The notes below the pieces were generated by a model. That model searched no databases. It saw only the letters and a program-made list of their open reading frames with translations, and was not told the DNA's origin. A program made the translations under genes and the position numbers. From Paecilomyces variotii (lineage: Eukaryota): a DNA stretch of 64,000 nt. Shown here in pieces: positions 12,610 through 26,684 of the stretch. Each line of letters opens with the position of its first letter. The first letter of the stretch is position 1. The stretch lies in NCBI GenBank assembly GCA_004022145.1, contig RCNU01000006.1, one strand, 5' to 3'.

Positions 12610-13367
12610 GATGGCAGAGAGGTATAGAGGACAAGAGACGAAAATCCGTCGAGAGACGCTGCAGAGGGGAGAGCAGCAGGGTCAATGGGATGTCGGTTCC
12701 TCTGGGGACGTCTATAGAGGGAGGTCGTCAGGTTGCTTTCTGTCTTGTCCGGCTTTCGGGAGACGGGAAGCACAGAGCCGCGCTAGGCTGGATGAGGCAG
12801 GAGGTGAAGGGGCAGCGCGACAGACCAACTGCGCATATCAGGTGACTCCGGTCACGGGGCTTGCCAGCCCCAGGCATCCTCAGGCATACTCAGGCATTCC
12901 AGGTGTCGATGACTCTCTGCTGAGCTAAGCCGTGGGATGCCTCATGCTTCAGGCGCCAGCACGAACCAGGCAACACAACTGGTCAAAACAGGGCGGCGTG
13001 AGATTCCGCCTCAGGCCTTCTATCCAGCTCTTCAACCTTTCCTTTTCCTTCTCTCTCTCTCTCCCTCTCTTCTACTTCTCGCGCCCTGCCTTGTTCCCAG
13101 CTGAAAGTCACATCTATCTCCCCTCTACAACACCCCCCGGGACCCATTCGCTCACTTACATCTCCTTCTGGTTATGGTTACGGGCCACTCGGGCCTCACT
13201 TAGCCTTCCGGTCCCTCATTATTTCATTTGCTTCATACCTCTGTAAGGCCTCGGTCCTCGTTTGCAGGCCGCCTGGGTTCGCGCGCCTGGCCCTGCGCCC
13301 ACCCCCGTTGTTGGCACTTCGACCACTTATCCCGGTGAGACATTTCTCGATTCCTCATCTACAAACC

Positions 13368-16300
13368 ATGAGCTCTTCCGAGGATGACACCCCGCTTGCG
13401 AAGGAGAATGGCAAGTCCATTGGTAGGTTCTCCGCCTCCCGGTCAGCCCTTCGCCTCAGCGCAGCGCCGGACACCCTGAAGCTCTTTACTGCGTTCCCTG
13501 CCACTCAGTTGTGTTGTTACTTCACATCCACCTTCATTACTCTTTCATTGATGTTCTTACTGACGAGGCCGTCATCTTATCCTAGACGCCGCGCTTTCTG
13601 AGAAGATGATCGCCAAGTCAACTGATCGTATGATGGGTGACGCTGCAGAGACCAACGGTCATACCGAACCTGGGGTCTCGGTCAGGTTCGGTCCGGTTCA
13701 GGATGGGGACGTTGAAATGGCAGATGCAGGAGCGGACGTCAATGGCCGCACGCTCAGCAAGAGGAAGTCTCGAGCAAGCGTCGATAAGCCCGTTTCATAT
13801 GCGGAGCCTCAGAGCAGCGAAGATGACGAGCCCTTGGTACGCCACCTTCCTACCTCGATTACCACCCTCTCTTCATCCTGAAGTTCTTAAATGTCGTTGA
13901 TTCCAACGGCTGACCGTCCGATAGAGTAAGAAGCGTCGCACTTCTACCAAGGCGCACAAGGATCCCGAAACGGATGAGGATGTCCCATTGGCAGCAAATG
14001 GAAGGAAGCTTCCCAAGGCGTCTGAGACTGCTATCGGGGACGAGTCCGATTCTGACGTTCCCATTGGGAAGAAGCTTGCCAACGAGAAAGCCAAGATAGA
14101 AAAGGAAGCGGAGAAAGAAGCCAAAGCTATCCGGAAAGACGAAGCTGCGGCTGCCAAGAAAGCCAATGCAAAGACCGCGAAAGCCACGAAGCCTGCAACG
14201 AATGGCAAGAAACAGGCGAACGGAATTAAGAAGGAAGCTAGCGACGATGAGCCCCTGTCTCGCAAAGCTCCTGCCAAGAAGACCTCGAAGGCAGTTAAAA
14301 CCGAGCCGAAATCTGAGCCTTCCACTCCCGTGAAGAAAGGTAAGGGCAAGGCGACGCCTGTCAAGGATGAGACCGAAGAACCCGAGGGCGATGAGGAAGA
14401 AGAATACCGGTGGTGGGAGGATCCAACAAAGAGTGACGGTACTATCAAATGGACGACTCTAGAACACAACGGTGTCGTCTTTCCCCCGCCTTATCAGCCG
14501 CTGCCCGAGAACGTCAAGATGAAATATGACGGAATTCCGATCACCTTGCACCCTGATGCCGAAGAAGTTGCTGGTTTCTTCGGTGGCATGCTGAATTCGA
14601 CTCACAATGTCGAGAATCCTACTTTCCAGAAGAACTTTTTCATGGATTTCCAAGACATCCTCAAGAAGACCGGAGGTGCGAAGGATCCTAAAGGGAATCC
14701 TGTTCAAATCAAGGAATTCTCGAAATGCGATTTCCGACCGATCTTCGAGTACTACGAAGCCCAGCGGGCTGCCAAGAAGGCCCTTCCAGCGGCCGAGAAG
14801 AAGCGTCTGAAAGCCCAGAAAGAAGAAGAGGAAGCTCCTTACCAATACTGTTTGTGGGATGGACGTAAGCAGAAGGTTGGAAACTTCCGCGTTGAACCTC
14901 CATCTCTCTTCCGTGGTCGTGGTGAGCACCCTAAGACCGGAAGGGTGAAGACCAGAGTCCAGCCTGAGCAGATCACGATCAACATCGGCAAGGATGCACC
15001 GGTCCCTCCACCTCCTGAAGGCCATCGGTGGAAGGAAGTGAAGCATGACCAAGAAGGTACCTGGCTTGCCATGTGGCAGGAAAATATCAATGGCAACTAT
15101 AAATATGTCATGCTTGCGGCCAACTCCGATATTAAAGGCCAGAGTGACTATAAAAAGTTTGAAAAGGCTCGAGAGCTGAAGAAGCACATTGACCGTATCC
15201 GCAAGGATTACCAGAAAAATCTCAAGCACGAGTTGATGGCGGAGCGGCAGAAGGCCACCGCAGTATATCTCATTGACCAGTTCGCGCTCCGTGCTGGTAA
15301 CGAGAAAGGTGAAGACGAGGCTGAGACTGTGGGCTGCTGCTCGCTGAAATACGAGAATGTCACTCTGAAGCCGCCAAACAAGGTCGTCTTTGACTTCCTT
15401 GGTAAAGATAGTATTCGGTTTTACGACGAGGTGGAAGTAGACGCGCAGGTGTTCAAGAATCTGAAGATTTTCAAGAAGCCACCGAAGAAGGAAGGTGATG
15501 AGATCTTCGATCGCTTGACGGTAAGTGAAGAGGCGAATCCTCTTCGAGAACAAATGCTGACATCTCTAGACAACCGCATTGAACAAGCATCTGTCGAATT
15601 ACATGCAGGGCTTGACAGCCAAGGTCTTCCGTACTTACAACGCCTCTTACACGATGGCCCGACTGCTCAAGGAGATGAACCCACAAGGTTCTATTCATGA
15701 GAAGGTCAAAGCGTACAATGATGCGAATCGTAAGGTGGCCATTCTTTGTAACCACAAACGTACTGTCGCTGCTGGACATGCTGGCCAGATGGAGAAATTG
15801 TCAGATAGGGTATGTTATCGTCATTAAACGAAATCGTCTTTACTATCACTAACTATGCATCAGATCAAGGGACTGCGTTACCAGAAATGGCGCATCAAGC
15901 AGATGATGCTCAGCCTTGAGCCTACGTTGAAGAAGAAGAAGGGCGCCAAATATTTCGAACTAGATGAGGATCTTGATCAAGAATGGGTCAAAGAACACCA
16001 GGCCTTCCTTGTTGAGGAACAACGCCAGAAGATCAAGAAGAAATTCGAAAAGGACAATGAGAAGCTGGCCGCAGAAGGCGAGAAAGAGATGAAACCTAAG
16101 GAACTTGAAGAGAGGCTAAAGGCTGCCGATGACCTGGCGAAAAAGTTCGCTAAGGAAAATAAGACCGGCAAAGTCGAACCGGAGGGCAAAGGCCCGACTG
16201 TCGAGAAGTTCGAGAATAATCTCGCGAAGCTTGACCAACGTATTGAGGCCATGTCATTGCAAGCTGAAGACAAGGAGAGCAACAAAGAAGTTGCCCTTGG

Positions 16301-16501
16301 TACTTCAAAGATCGTGAGTCTTCCTAAACTCCGTGGCTCATTTCGCGCTAACAGAAGAAATTTTAGAACTACATTGATCCGCGTCTGACTGTGGTGTTCT
16401 CGAAGAAATTCAATGTCCCCATTGAGAAGTTCTTCTCTAAGACCCTGCGTGAGAAGTTCGACTGGGCTATAAAGTCTGTAGATGAGGACTGGGAATTCTA
16501 A
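13368..16501 (+). CDS. TOP1: DNA topoisomerase I (type IB)
   Basis: [49 protein letters not shown] and ILCNHKR; the catalytic Tyr motif GTSKI|NYIDPR spans the last intron. Stop TAA at 16499-16501. Confidence 0.97.
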
Positions 16502-17978
16502 TTCCCTTCTCTAAAGATCATTTGTGATGTGGCGCGCGGTGAAGTCATTCATGGTTTGGGGGGTTTGGGGGTCGTTTTTTACCTGTGCTTATATAGCGTT
16601 CTGTGCATTCGGTTACTTTCTCACCCATGTCTTCCTATTGGCATCTCATCAATCTCAAATTAGACGGATGTGGCGGCTCTTTGGATAGTGGACCCCACCG
16701 TCACTTCTAGAGAGCCATGTGTATTTGCAGATCCCTTTTGACCCCGGTGGCTTGTCTTGTGAAACCTCCACAAGCCTTTTTTTATATCTTTCGTTCCTAT
16801 CCTTCCTAGTTGATTATTTCTACGCACCAACTAACCTCAGAAAAAAGTGCCTGTTCTACCTTCAGTCGATTTGTCAGCTTGTATTATGGGCGCGAATGTC
16901 GTGCTGGGAACTGGCTTCTGCTTATGCATGTGTGCTAAAAACTCGAGAATAAAATCAAAAACGAATCGAATCCGAAGTTCTGAATATTGGTTTTCCATGG
17001 CGCTATGCTTAGGAATAGGTAGAACTGATAAAATAAATGCTGCCTGAGGTAAAAAGATGTAGATTTGAATACTCTCCTTCGAAGCTTGACTTGTGATCCA
17101 GTTGCTCCCCTCCCTGCGCCTCCCACCGTAGCGAGGTGGAGTGATCTAAGTTCTATTTACAATGGCTTTAGGAGGAGGGAAGAAGAAGAAACGAATAGAT
17201 CATCCTGAATGTTTTACGAAGATCGTAATATAAGAACATGGTTAGAAAAGATGGACTTGGCTTAACTAGTCTTACAATGTCCATTGACCCGTTCACTCTC
17301 CTATGGTAAGTACCCATGGGGGTACGGATCTTGGCTAAGGGGGATTAATAAGATAAGTAATGTAGGAATGAAACTCTGTTGTTGATGATTGCTGAATGGG
17401 AATATTCCATCTTTCTTAAACAGCAAGACAACTACGTGAAGGACAAGTCGATTGAGACGAGAGATGGGATAAGCCAAAACAAAGTGGTATAATTGCATGG
17501 TATCCACATGAGAAGAAATCAAAACGAGACCCCAAAAAGACGATATATCCATATAAAAGTGGATATGCAGAGAGGGTGAAGTAAGTAGGTAATAGGTCTT
17601 TGCTTGAGGGAGAGAGGTAAAAGGGGGACCACCGGAGATCTTGGGGGGGACAGTTAAGTAGGTAAGTAGAAATGCCACGCTAACAACCACGGTGAATATA
17701 TGACGAGGGGGTAGATGATTATAAATTACAATTGTAGAGAATGCTTGGAACGCAGGAAAACGTGGGACTGACTGTTGATCGTCCTGCGAACCAGCTCAAG
17801 CTTATATGCCCGTGCCACACGTTGGCAAAAGAGAATCAAAGGACAGAAAACCGACGCCGCTTGCATGAGAGGATCCATGGTCGTACCAGTAGCGTTCGTT
17901 AAAGAAAAACTCGTGATGTGCTGTCCTCCTCTAATCCCTCTGTGTAATAAGGTATGGATGCGATCATCGACGGCATGT

Positions 17979-19283
17979 TCATGGCCACCATCCCATTCGC
18001 TCATAGCTGGCGACCATAGCTCTGATAGCATCCGCATCGAACTTCTCCCTCTCAGGCTTGAATCCCGTCGTGGTCTCGAACAGTGTTCCATCAATGGACA
18101 TATCGATATCTTTGATCACGTCCCTCTCGAGGAAAGGGCTGATGGGACCGGGCCGCGTAATCTGCTTTTCCGCAATGAGATCGGCCCAGGTCTGCAGGCA
18201 AAGCTCGTTCATCTCATCCAAAACCTGATCGATATTGAGCTTTGCGAATTGAGAGACTACGGAACCGAGGAATGAGACTTTCATATCGAAGACAGTAGAC
18301 AGGGCTTCTGCAACTTGTTCCTGTCGGGTATCACCATGGTCGACGACATTGAAGAGGATGGGAAACCCTTCTTCACCCGGCGGAGCGGAACCCTTGCTTG
18401 CTCTCCATTCAGCTGCAACCCACAAAGCACGAACGGCATCCTTGATGTATATCGTGTTGATCTTCAGATCTTTCGTATAGAGCAATTCCAGCTCTCTGCC
18501 CAAAGCCTTGTACACGCGCGCCAGACAAATACCCATGGCGAAATACCCCGAATCATAGTCTCCATATACATATGGGAATCGTAGGACGATGTAGTTGAGT
18601 CCGGGGACCCTGCGCAACTCCTCTCCCGCCTTAAGCTTCCACTTGGCGAGTTTGTGCCATGGTTGCGTCTTGTCATTTTCCTTCCGTGGGGCAGATCCAC
18701 TCTTGTAAACCTGGGCTGTTGAGCATTCAACGAAGGCACGGAGACCACGCTTGGCTGCCTCGCGGCCAAGGGTAAGTGATAGGGTGTAGCTGCGAAGCTG
18801 GTAGACGTCGTCCGGCTGTCCATGTTTAGTTTCGCCCGCACAGTTGATTATATAGTCAAATTCTTCGCCGTTGGCTCGGTCGAATATTCGCGCCATCGAC
18901 TCTAGATGACAGAGCAGATTCAGCATCACATCCAGTAGTAGGAAAACAGGGTAAGCTAGTAGTGAAGGAATTGCACATACGCTCACGACTGGCATCAGCT
19001 TGGACAAACTTGTCTTTCGAACACGCCTCCTCGAATTCGGGCGCCAGCCATGCTAGCTGTGGTAGGACCTTGTCCACCAGGCGCACTTCGGAGGCTAGAT
19101 TATTCTCATGGAGGTAGAGGGCGAGGTAACGGCCGATGTACCCTGCAGGCCATTTGAAAAGCAAACATGTATCAGTCGGGCTGGAATGGACAAAGAGTAT
19201 TGGTCAGTCAATCAGGAGGGAGAGTATGCACCTAGACCTCCAATAATCAGCACTGCAGGCTTCTTGCCCTCATTGCTGGCCAT
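17979..19283 (-). CDS. NAD-dependent epimerase/dehydratase (extended SDR) family protein
   Basis: Rossmann motif VLIIGGLG|YIGRYLA is split by an intron; INCAGET, VECSTAQVY and LRFPYVYG follow. Confidence 0.85.
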
Positions 19284-22200
19284 GATGATGGCTGTGAATC
19301 CGCCGGATCTGCGGTCTCCGTGTTACCCGATGGATGAGGCTCAGTTGTGGGAATTCCTGGCACCGCTGGAGAGCTGGTCGACTTGCGCTATATCCCCCGC
19401 CTTGGATGAAAACGGATCGAGATAGCGGGAAGAGGGATGAGTTCCCAAGGATGACAGTTTTACCGCCACGACCTGTTCCGCGAGGCGCAGAAGCTGGAAG
19501 AGCACGGGGCAAGCTTAGGTCTGGGCCAGGGCTCGTGTTGGAGGAAGTAGTAAGTTGGTTATACGGAGAGTTTGCCGTAACTGATTATTACCGTCTCGCA
19601 CGGAGGTTTCTCCGACTAGCAAGTTCGTGGACGAGATGGGATGAGAAACAAAAAGAAAAGAGACGATGGCGCGGAGGATTTCGAGGTGAGCCCTCGACGG
19701 TTAAGTTAGTGAAATTATGATTAAGGGATTCGGACTGGCGGAGTCGGTGGAGGGAGAGAAGGACGAGAGTTGATCGATTGTGCTCCTGTTTCTGCCACCA
19801 CACGCAAGTTCAAGACTGTCGACTCGACCCTCAGCACCAAGACCGGTCCAACGGTCTAGTCTATATGCCATCTGGTATTTCTATAATCTATCTGCTCCTC
19901 AGCCTCCTCTTGCTACAACAAGCCCTTGTTCCTGGCCGCCAGAGGCTGCCCAAAAGGTTCATCAGGCCCGCGTATCGCTCGGCATCAATCGGTGCTGGAG
20001 GCCACGTGAGGATGGCCGTTTCGACGGTTCCATCGCCAGCGTCTCGCTGCGCATCGTCGTCCAACCGTCCTAGACTCTGCTGGGCTAGTGATGCGTCTGG
20101 AAATTTCGCAAGGGTCATCCAGGAGGCTCACTTTACCTGAAAGTCGCAGCGTCCCGACGAGCTAACTCCCTGGTGGATCTCTCTAACGCAGCCCCGGGCG
20201 CCGTCAAAAAGCTGTCGCGCAGCGGTTCACGGCCTGAGACTGCCTGGAAGACCCAGTGGGACGAGCCGAAGCGCCCCGTATGGAACCCTTGCCGACTCGA
20301 GCAGAACCTTTTCTGGCTATTACTATTACCTAGCCTCTCTTGATCTGGAGTTGTTGCTGTTCAGAAGAGGAGGGGGAGAGGGAGCCTCGCCGTCCAAACT
20401 CAGACGAATCATAACGATTGCGATCATTTACACTGGTCCCGAAATCCCGCTTTGTCCACAGCTTGCTACTTTATAATAATACTCCGTACAGAAGAGCGAG
20501 TATGGGGCGCAGTGCTACGTATATGGCTGCTTATCACGATGTTAGTGGCCGCGCACCGGCTGATTTGCGATTTGCGTTCGGCAGTTAAATTCCAACATGA
20601 CGGTTTATTATATCGGTGCGAATCGAAGGAGCATACGAACTTCCCAGGCCCGCTGGTAGAGGGGCACGGCGTCGATGTACTGTATGTACATACATAGAGG
20701 TATGCCCCATCAGATTCGGCAAAAGCTCGCATCGGCCATTTCGTTGCGCATGTAGCGGCGTGGTCATATATTATTTCTTTACCTTGTGGAGAGTGCAATT
20801 ATTGGCGAAATTGCTAGTTACGAGACAGGAGCCATGATTTACACCGACTATGCGCTTACCATGGGAAGATATTATTGATACTCACGCGTCACTACTGACA
20901 AGTGACTGGAGTACAAACTATAGCGGTTACTGCATAATATGATCCCGGCTCTACGGGTTGGCGGATCGATCTTCTGATCTCTACCTCGGGTATGCAGTGT
21001 ACGTGTACGGAGTAGGCTGTCAATGTTGCTTCTAACGGGACCATGCTGACGCGCTCCATAATACAGTGCAAGTGCAAGTGTGGTGGCTTCGAACGCTGGC
21101 TGGCTCATCCTGCCAGGAACAGCGCTCCACTGCATATCAGGGGGAGGGTCAATATTCACCTCAAAGAAATAGTTCTGCGCCTCGTTCGCGCACATCTCTC
21201 GAATAAGCAACTGGAAGGCCACTCTGAAGAGACTCAGAAGTCCTACATCGCGTAAAGTATACGGTCCAAGACTGCAGCTTACCCGACCTCACGACAGGGT
21301 TTCTTGTCGTCTGAGCGTCTTTCCGCAATCCTTTCTGCTGTTTCTTGAAACCCGGAGGACGATCACTCGTGTCGACGCTATCCTTGTGTGGCGGTGACGA
21401 TGTCCCTGTCTGCGGAACCTCTTCGGATGGCGGAGGTTTCTTTTTTACCAAGTGGGACCGCAAGCTGGAAATAATGATTGCCTTTGCCTTCCCCAGTTGA
21501 GGCGCTGTCCCAGAGGAATAAGGGCACTTGGCCTGAGCTACTACGTACAAGAAAAAAAAAAGAAAGGAAAAACAAGGGTCAAGAATAAAATTTACAAGAC
21601 GCATTATTGACAGACCAAAAAAGAAATCCACAGAAATACGTGCTGGGTTCTCAACATTATTATTATCAATCGTTTAGTCAGTATGGAAAGAAACTTACTC
21701 AATTCTAGTTTGCTCGCCCCCCAGTTTTTCAATAGTTTGGTAACTTCCCGCACATAAAAATAAACCACTGCGGCCCTTATGTATTTCGGCATCGTTATGC
21801 CTACACAGGACTCGCTCGACATACATTACTACCTGGAAATCACTGTAAGCTTGCTGACCTGTGTAGCCATTTATTATTATTATTATTATCTCTGTTACCC
21901 TTGCCTTAGAATGTTGTCATGTTCACTATCTTCTACTACGTACTTCCTCAGTGTCATGCAGTGGGAAAAGATAGATAGGGCGTTTAGCTTCTTACCTTAC
22001 CTGGCTGGTCAGCTGGCTTACCGTAGAACACACGAGGTTTTGTAATTTGTATAGGGACAGCAGGGATAGAATCAATATTCATGCAAGCGCGCACACGGGA
22101 GTCATGTTATCATAGCCTCTAGAGATACATGCATTCCAATTCCATAATAGCCTCGGGACTGGTTGAGACAAGAATAGAGATGGCCCCTCGTATCCTCTAC

Positions 22201-23190
22201 GGTTTGATTAGACATTATTGGCTTGGACGGGAAACATCCCTGCTGTGCTGCGTATTCTTAAGCTCTGATCAACCACGCCGACTCATCGACGGTGGCTTGT
22301 CAATTCGAGACGGGGTCAGCCACCGACGTGTACTCTACTCCGTACAGTTGCTTGCTTTTTCATGTATCGAGAGCCCCGAGGTGTTCTTAAGCTTTGGACA
22401 TACTAGTGGCTATCGATAGAGGGTTTTGAGAGCGAATCATCTGGATGAATATTTGACCATGCTATTGATATTGGGTAGAAAGGATACTGTAGAGTACAAT
22501 GTCTATCAATTATGAATCGCTCAGGATGGTATTCTCTTGTCCGCTCCAGCAAGGGCAACCAAGCTGAGAGATAGAGAACACGCGGACCAGCACAGGCCAC
22601 CTGAGGCATCCCAGTCGATCAGACACTTTATGTTCCAAGAATGCAGAGAAAATGTAATCACGATCTCAGACTCCAGTGTTCCAATCTGCAGGTAGAGTGA
22701 AAATCATAGTCATTTTGCTTTTTCGATTTGATAGAGTACGTAGCAGAAAATCGGAGACCGCTCTGCAGGAGCACCTTGATAAGAAAAAAAAAAAAAAAAA
22801 AAAAGAAATATGCAGCGCTGATGTTCCAGACCATTAGTCGAGCGCCACAAGACGTCCTTCCCTTGTTATCAGACATGATTAATCCTAGAGCGTTTATTCG
22901 TCATTCTGCATATGCAGAATTATGTACCTTGCTGACAGGGATAGCGAAATCTTTATCGCAGCTGGCAGGAATGCTTTCGTGGTGTCGCGCTTTGTTTGAG
23001 ATTACATGCGCATAGTACATACATACACCGCGGGACTGTAGTGATAGTTAGCAGGGTGAAGAGTAAGGTAACCCAGTATCAACTTACACAGTGAGACAGA
23101 AATAGTCGACCTCATGTACTGGTATCAATGATCATAGATCATATTTTCTGAAGTTAGTGATGCTCCCCCAATGTCCGTACTCGATAATGA

Positions 23191-24500
23191 TCATCTGAGT
23201 TTCTTGAGATGGAGCTTCACTGTGATCTGAAACCCACAATAAGGAACCTCCTTGGTCCCCAAGTCTCTCAAAAGCCACTCCTCTCTCAACTGCGCAATAA
23301 CCCTCTTCCAGTCGTCTTCCTTTCCAGGACGAACCAGGATCTTGTATCCACACCACTCGAACCCAACGGAAGCAGCTAAGATGCGTCCAATCTGGCCATC
23401 AGTGTTGGATTCGTCGTCGATCTGCATGGTATCCATGGTATCATCCTTCTCATTGAGTACGCACTCGTCCATCATGGAGGTGAAGAACGCGGAAACGCGT
23501 GAGAAGCGATGGAAAGGGATATGGACAGGGAACATCTCTTGCTCTGTGTCAGTTGAGAGTAGAAAGGTGGTCTGACGCATATATTTGGATTCAATCTCAG
23601 CAAAAGTTTCGACGTCCTCTCCCTCATCGTCCGGGGTATTGGGTTCAGTATGATAATACGGTGGTTCCCAGAGGGGAAGGCCCATATTCTGCACGATCTC
23701 CGGAGTCCCAAGTTCGGGAGTGAGACGCTCGTGATATGAGGCCCGTTTGGCGTCTTTCTTCTTAGACTTCCGGGCCTTCAGGACAGTCTCCGAGATAGCG
23801 GATTCTGTAACAGGCGCGACATCTCCCTCGCCACTGCTACCGGTCTGTAACACCTCGCGAGATGACGACTTTTTCTCAAGAAGCAGAGTCACAGCACGGA
23901 TCATCCTGGCAGATATTAGTTAGTAAAGAACTATGGCTATAAATGATGGATCAGACTTACACCTCCTTGCGCTGCGGATACACGCACAAGTTCTCCGGCC
24001 GCTCCAAGCTACCCTCCATGAGATATCGAGCTCTGCTCTTCTCTCCCCAGTACTTCTGGCCGAAGTGATCAACGAACGTGGTAGCGCAGACTCTACGCAC
24101 TTTTTCATCACGCCGTAGCTTCTCCCAGTCGTAACAGCGGTTCTTGTTCACATAACCCCACAGATTCTTCAAGAATTCCGAGTGATATTCGTTTTTGATG
24201 TCGAGAAAAGTTGTAAAGGCACGCATGCGGCTCTTGGTTGTAAGGACTCCGTCATTGAGATCTTGGAGAAGGCCCACAAGTCCTGGATCATTTGTTGGAT
24301 CGGGGCTATCCAAGGTTGTGTCTCTAGTCCTGCTCTTGTGGCGGCGGTGTTTGCTGTGAGAGCGCCTTTTCTCTCGAGAAGGACGAGGAGGAATATCTTC
24401 GAATATCAGCGACAGAACTGCTTCAATAACACACTAGGGAGCCCTCACCTGAACCGGTGGAATCGTCAAAGTTTTCCATAGTGATAGTCTCGCGTGCCAT
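23191..24500 (-). CDS. Hypothetical protein (3 exons)
   Basis: ATG at 24500 (MARETITMENFDDSTGS); GT-AG introns join it to ORFs 23957-24313 and 23191-23904 in frame. No family recognised. Confidence 0.65.
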
Positions 24501-24914
24501 CTTGTTTACAATCAATGGTTGGAGACGTAAGGAATGTGTCTGTAACCTGTAAGACTAATCGATAGAGATAATAAAGGCCGCCAGGAGCAAGTATTCAAAT
24601 TGTCGCATGGAGAAGTAAACCAAGGTTGACTCTTCTCGGCTCAATCTGGAGAGCTGGAGGTGAGAAGAATGTGAAAGAGCAAAGAGGGGTCCAAAAGACG
24701 TGCCTGACGCGCAGATGTTTTAACACACAGAGAGGTGAATATGGGTTGCAAGTGAATACAGTTCATTCACCCAAAACAAAGAAATCATAGAAGACAGCTT
24801 TTGCAGTAAATGGGGAATAATAACAGTTAATCATATAGGCAACTTTCGATATAAGCTTTACATATTAAATCGAGGACTAATGTATGTTTTCATTGCATAA
24901 TGGTATTTGCCCCT

Positions 24915-26360
24915 TCACTCTGCCCCAAGGTATCTCAAAGAGTTTCTCAGTTCTTTAATAGCAGTGTTTACGTCGTCAAAGCTCAATGCTGAGACGGCCC
25001 AACGAGCATGCTTCTGGGCCAGTGCAATCGAGTCATCATCGACCGTTTGATTCGCGGGTGTGCCTGAAGCACGAGAGGCTGCAGGAGCAGGTACAGGTGT
25101 TGGACGTGGAGCAGCGGCGGGGGGTGTTCGTGAGAATGATGTTGCGGGAGCAGCAGGAGGTACGAACGGGTTGGTTGGTGCTCTGTAGAAAGCACTGGGA
25201 GGTTGAGGCAGACTGTCTGTAGTTGGCTGTTCGCCTGCCGTTGGAGGAGGGAATGACTCCAAGCCGTCAGTAGAGCCAGAGTAAGCGGCGCCAAGGTTCG
25301 ATGTTGCTGGAGTGTCTGGAAGACTGAGTGAAGAAGAACCGAAGCCCGCAGGAGCTGAAGGGAGCTCCGGTGCGTCTCCAGTTGAGGAAGCTTGCGCAGT
25401 ATCCACATCCGAAAGTTTTGAAGGAACATGAGGCAGAGACGTAGGAGGCTGAGGCGGAACCGAAGACGACCTGGATGGATGAAGAGATTCATCCAAAGAT
25501 GATTGCCGCGCCAACTGCTTCTCTGTGCGATCAGCATCATCAGGGACATCTTCCACGGATGGCTGCCTTGGTCTTGTCGTTGACGGCTCGCCCGAACCCT
25601 CAATGGCTTTCACTTCGGGGTCACTAGGATCCAGAGGCTCAAGCTGTTCATCTTCCTTCTCCTCTATTTTCGGGTTTGTCAGGTTGGGATCTTCTCCGGC
25701 CTTGATAGCTTTCACGATGCGGACCGCATGATATTTGGCGAATTTGATCTTCGCGGCGATTTCAGGTTCGAGAGGGCCCCATATCTGACAGAGCTCGAGA
25801 AACGTAGCCGCCGCTTGAAAGGTATCTGCTGTTTGTCTGTACATGATTAGCCGGTTATCACGGACTATTAGCCACCAATTTCCTCTGCGTACTTCGTAAC
25901 CTTGTCCGCCCTCATGGCAGCTTCCGCGCGATTGAAAACCTCCATGGCGAATTGCTCGACATACGCTTGTCCAGCAACATTATCAGTGATCGCATCATTC
26001 CCGACATTTTCGTTTTTGAACTTGACGCAGTAGTTGTTAGCGTGTACGGGGTCCCCACGTTACTGCCTGGCGGTAGCATACTTGCTCAAGCTTATCCATA
26101 ACATCCATCGTATACTGCTCGCATTCTTTGTCGGCCGTATGAAGCTTTCTCTTGATGATCTGCTCCACGATCCAGTAATTACCTGCAGTGAAGAGTGTCA
26201 ATCACCCCGCCCATCGCACTTGGCGGTTGCATGAAGCCAATCGGTTGCAGTACTTACACCAGTAGGCAATAACAGGCTTGGCCTTCTCGACCTGGGCAGC
26301 CCTAAGGGCAAAGCGCCCTAGGTCTGCAGACTTCAGTTGAGCGGGGATGTTGGCCGCCAT
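24915..26360 (-). CDS. VTA1: Vta1/LIP5, activator of Vps4 in the ESCRT pathway
   Basis: N-terminal MIT-like region (AQVEKAKPVIAYWC...KIKFAKYHAVRIVKAIKAGEDPN), Pro/Ser-rich linker, C-terminal VSL motif AQKHARWAVSALSFDDVNTAIKEL. Confidence 0.92.
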
Positions 26361-26684
26361 GATATAGATCTGATTGTGGACATGAGTACATTCAGTGGCA
26401 GCTGGAATCGGCCATGTGGGGAGACAATTCCAGGGCGGAGATGACGTTGGAGCTCCGGGCGGTGAGCTCAACCTCCGACACTAGCTACGGAGTATCAAAA
26501 TACGCTATGGGCAAAAGTATACTTGTGGAGATCTATCTATGCTTTCACTGTATTATTCCAGGCTATTCATGGCTTTATTCACCACTGTCTGAAGGTGGGG
26601 AAATGGTAATAAGCTAAGTCAGATCTCATGAGGGAGACACCGTAAACGCCCTGCTAGTCTGCTAGATCATTGAACGCCGGGGAA

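Noticed and set aside
14459-15553. 364-aa minus-strand ORF inside TOP1, and similar long antisense ORFs in prpA, ATP3, PRI2 and SEC23
   Set aside because: Antisense shadows of codon-biased genes with no recognisable motifs.
19300-23100. Many short ORFs in a 3.8 kb spacer
   Set aside because: No motifs or consistent splice structure found; I also saw no tRNA, 5S or snoRNA signature.
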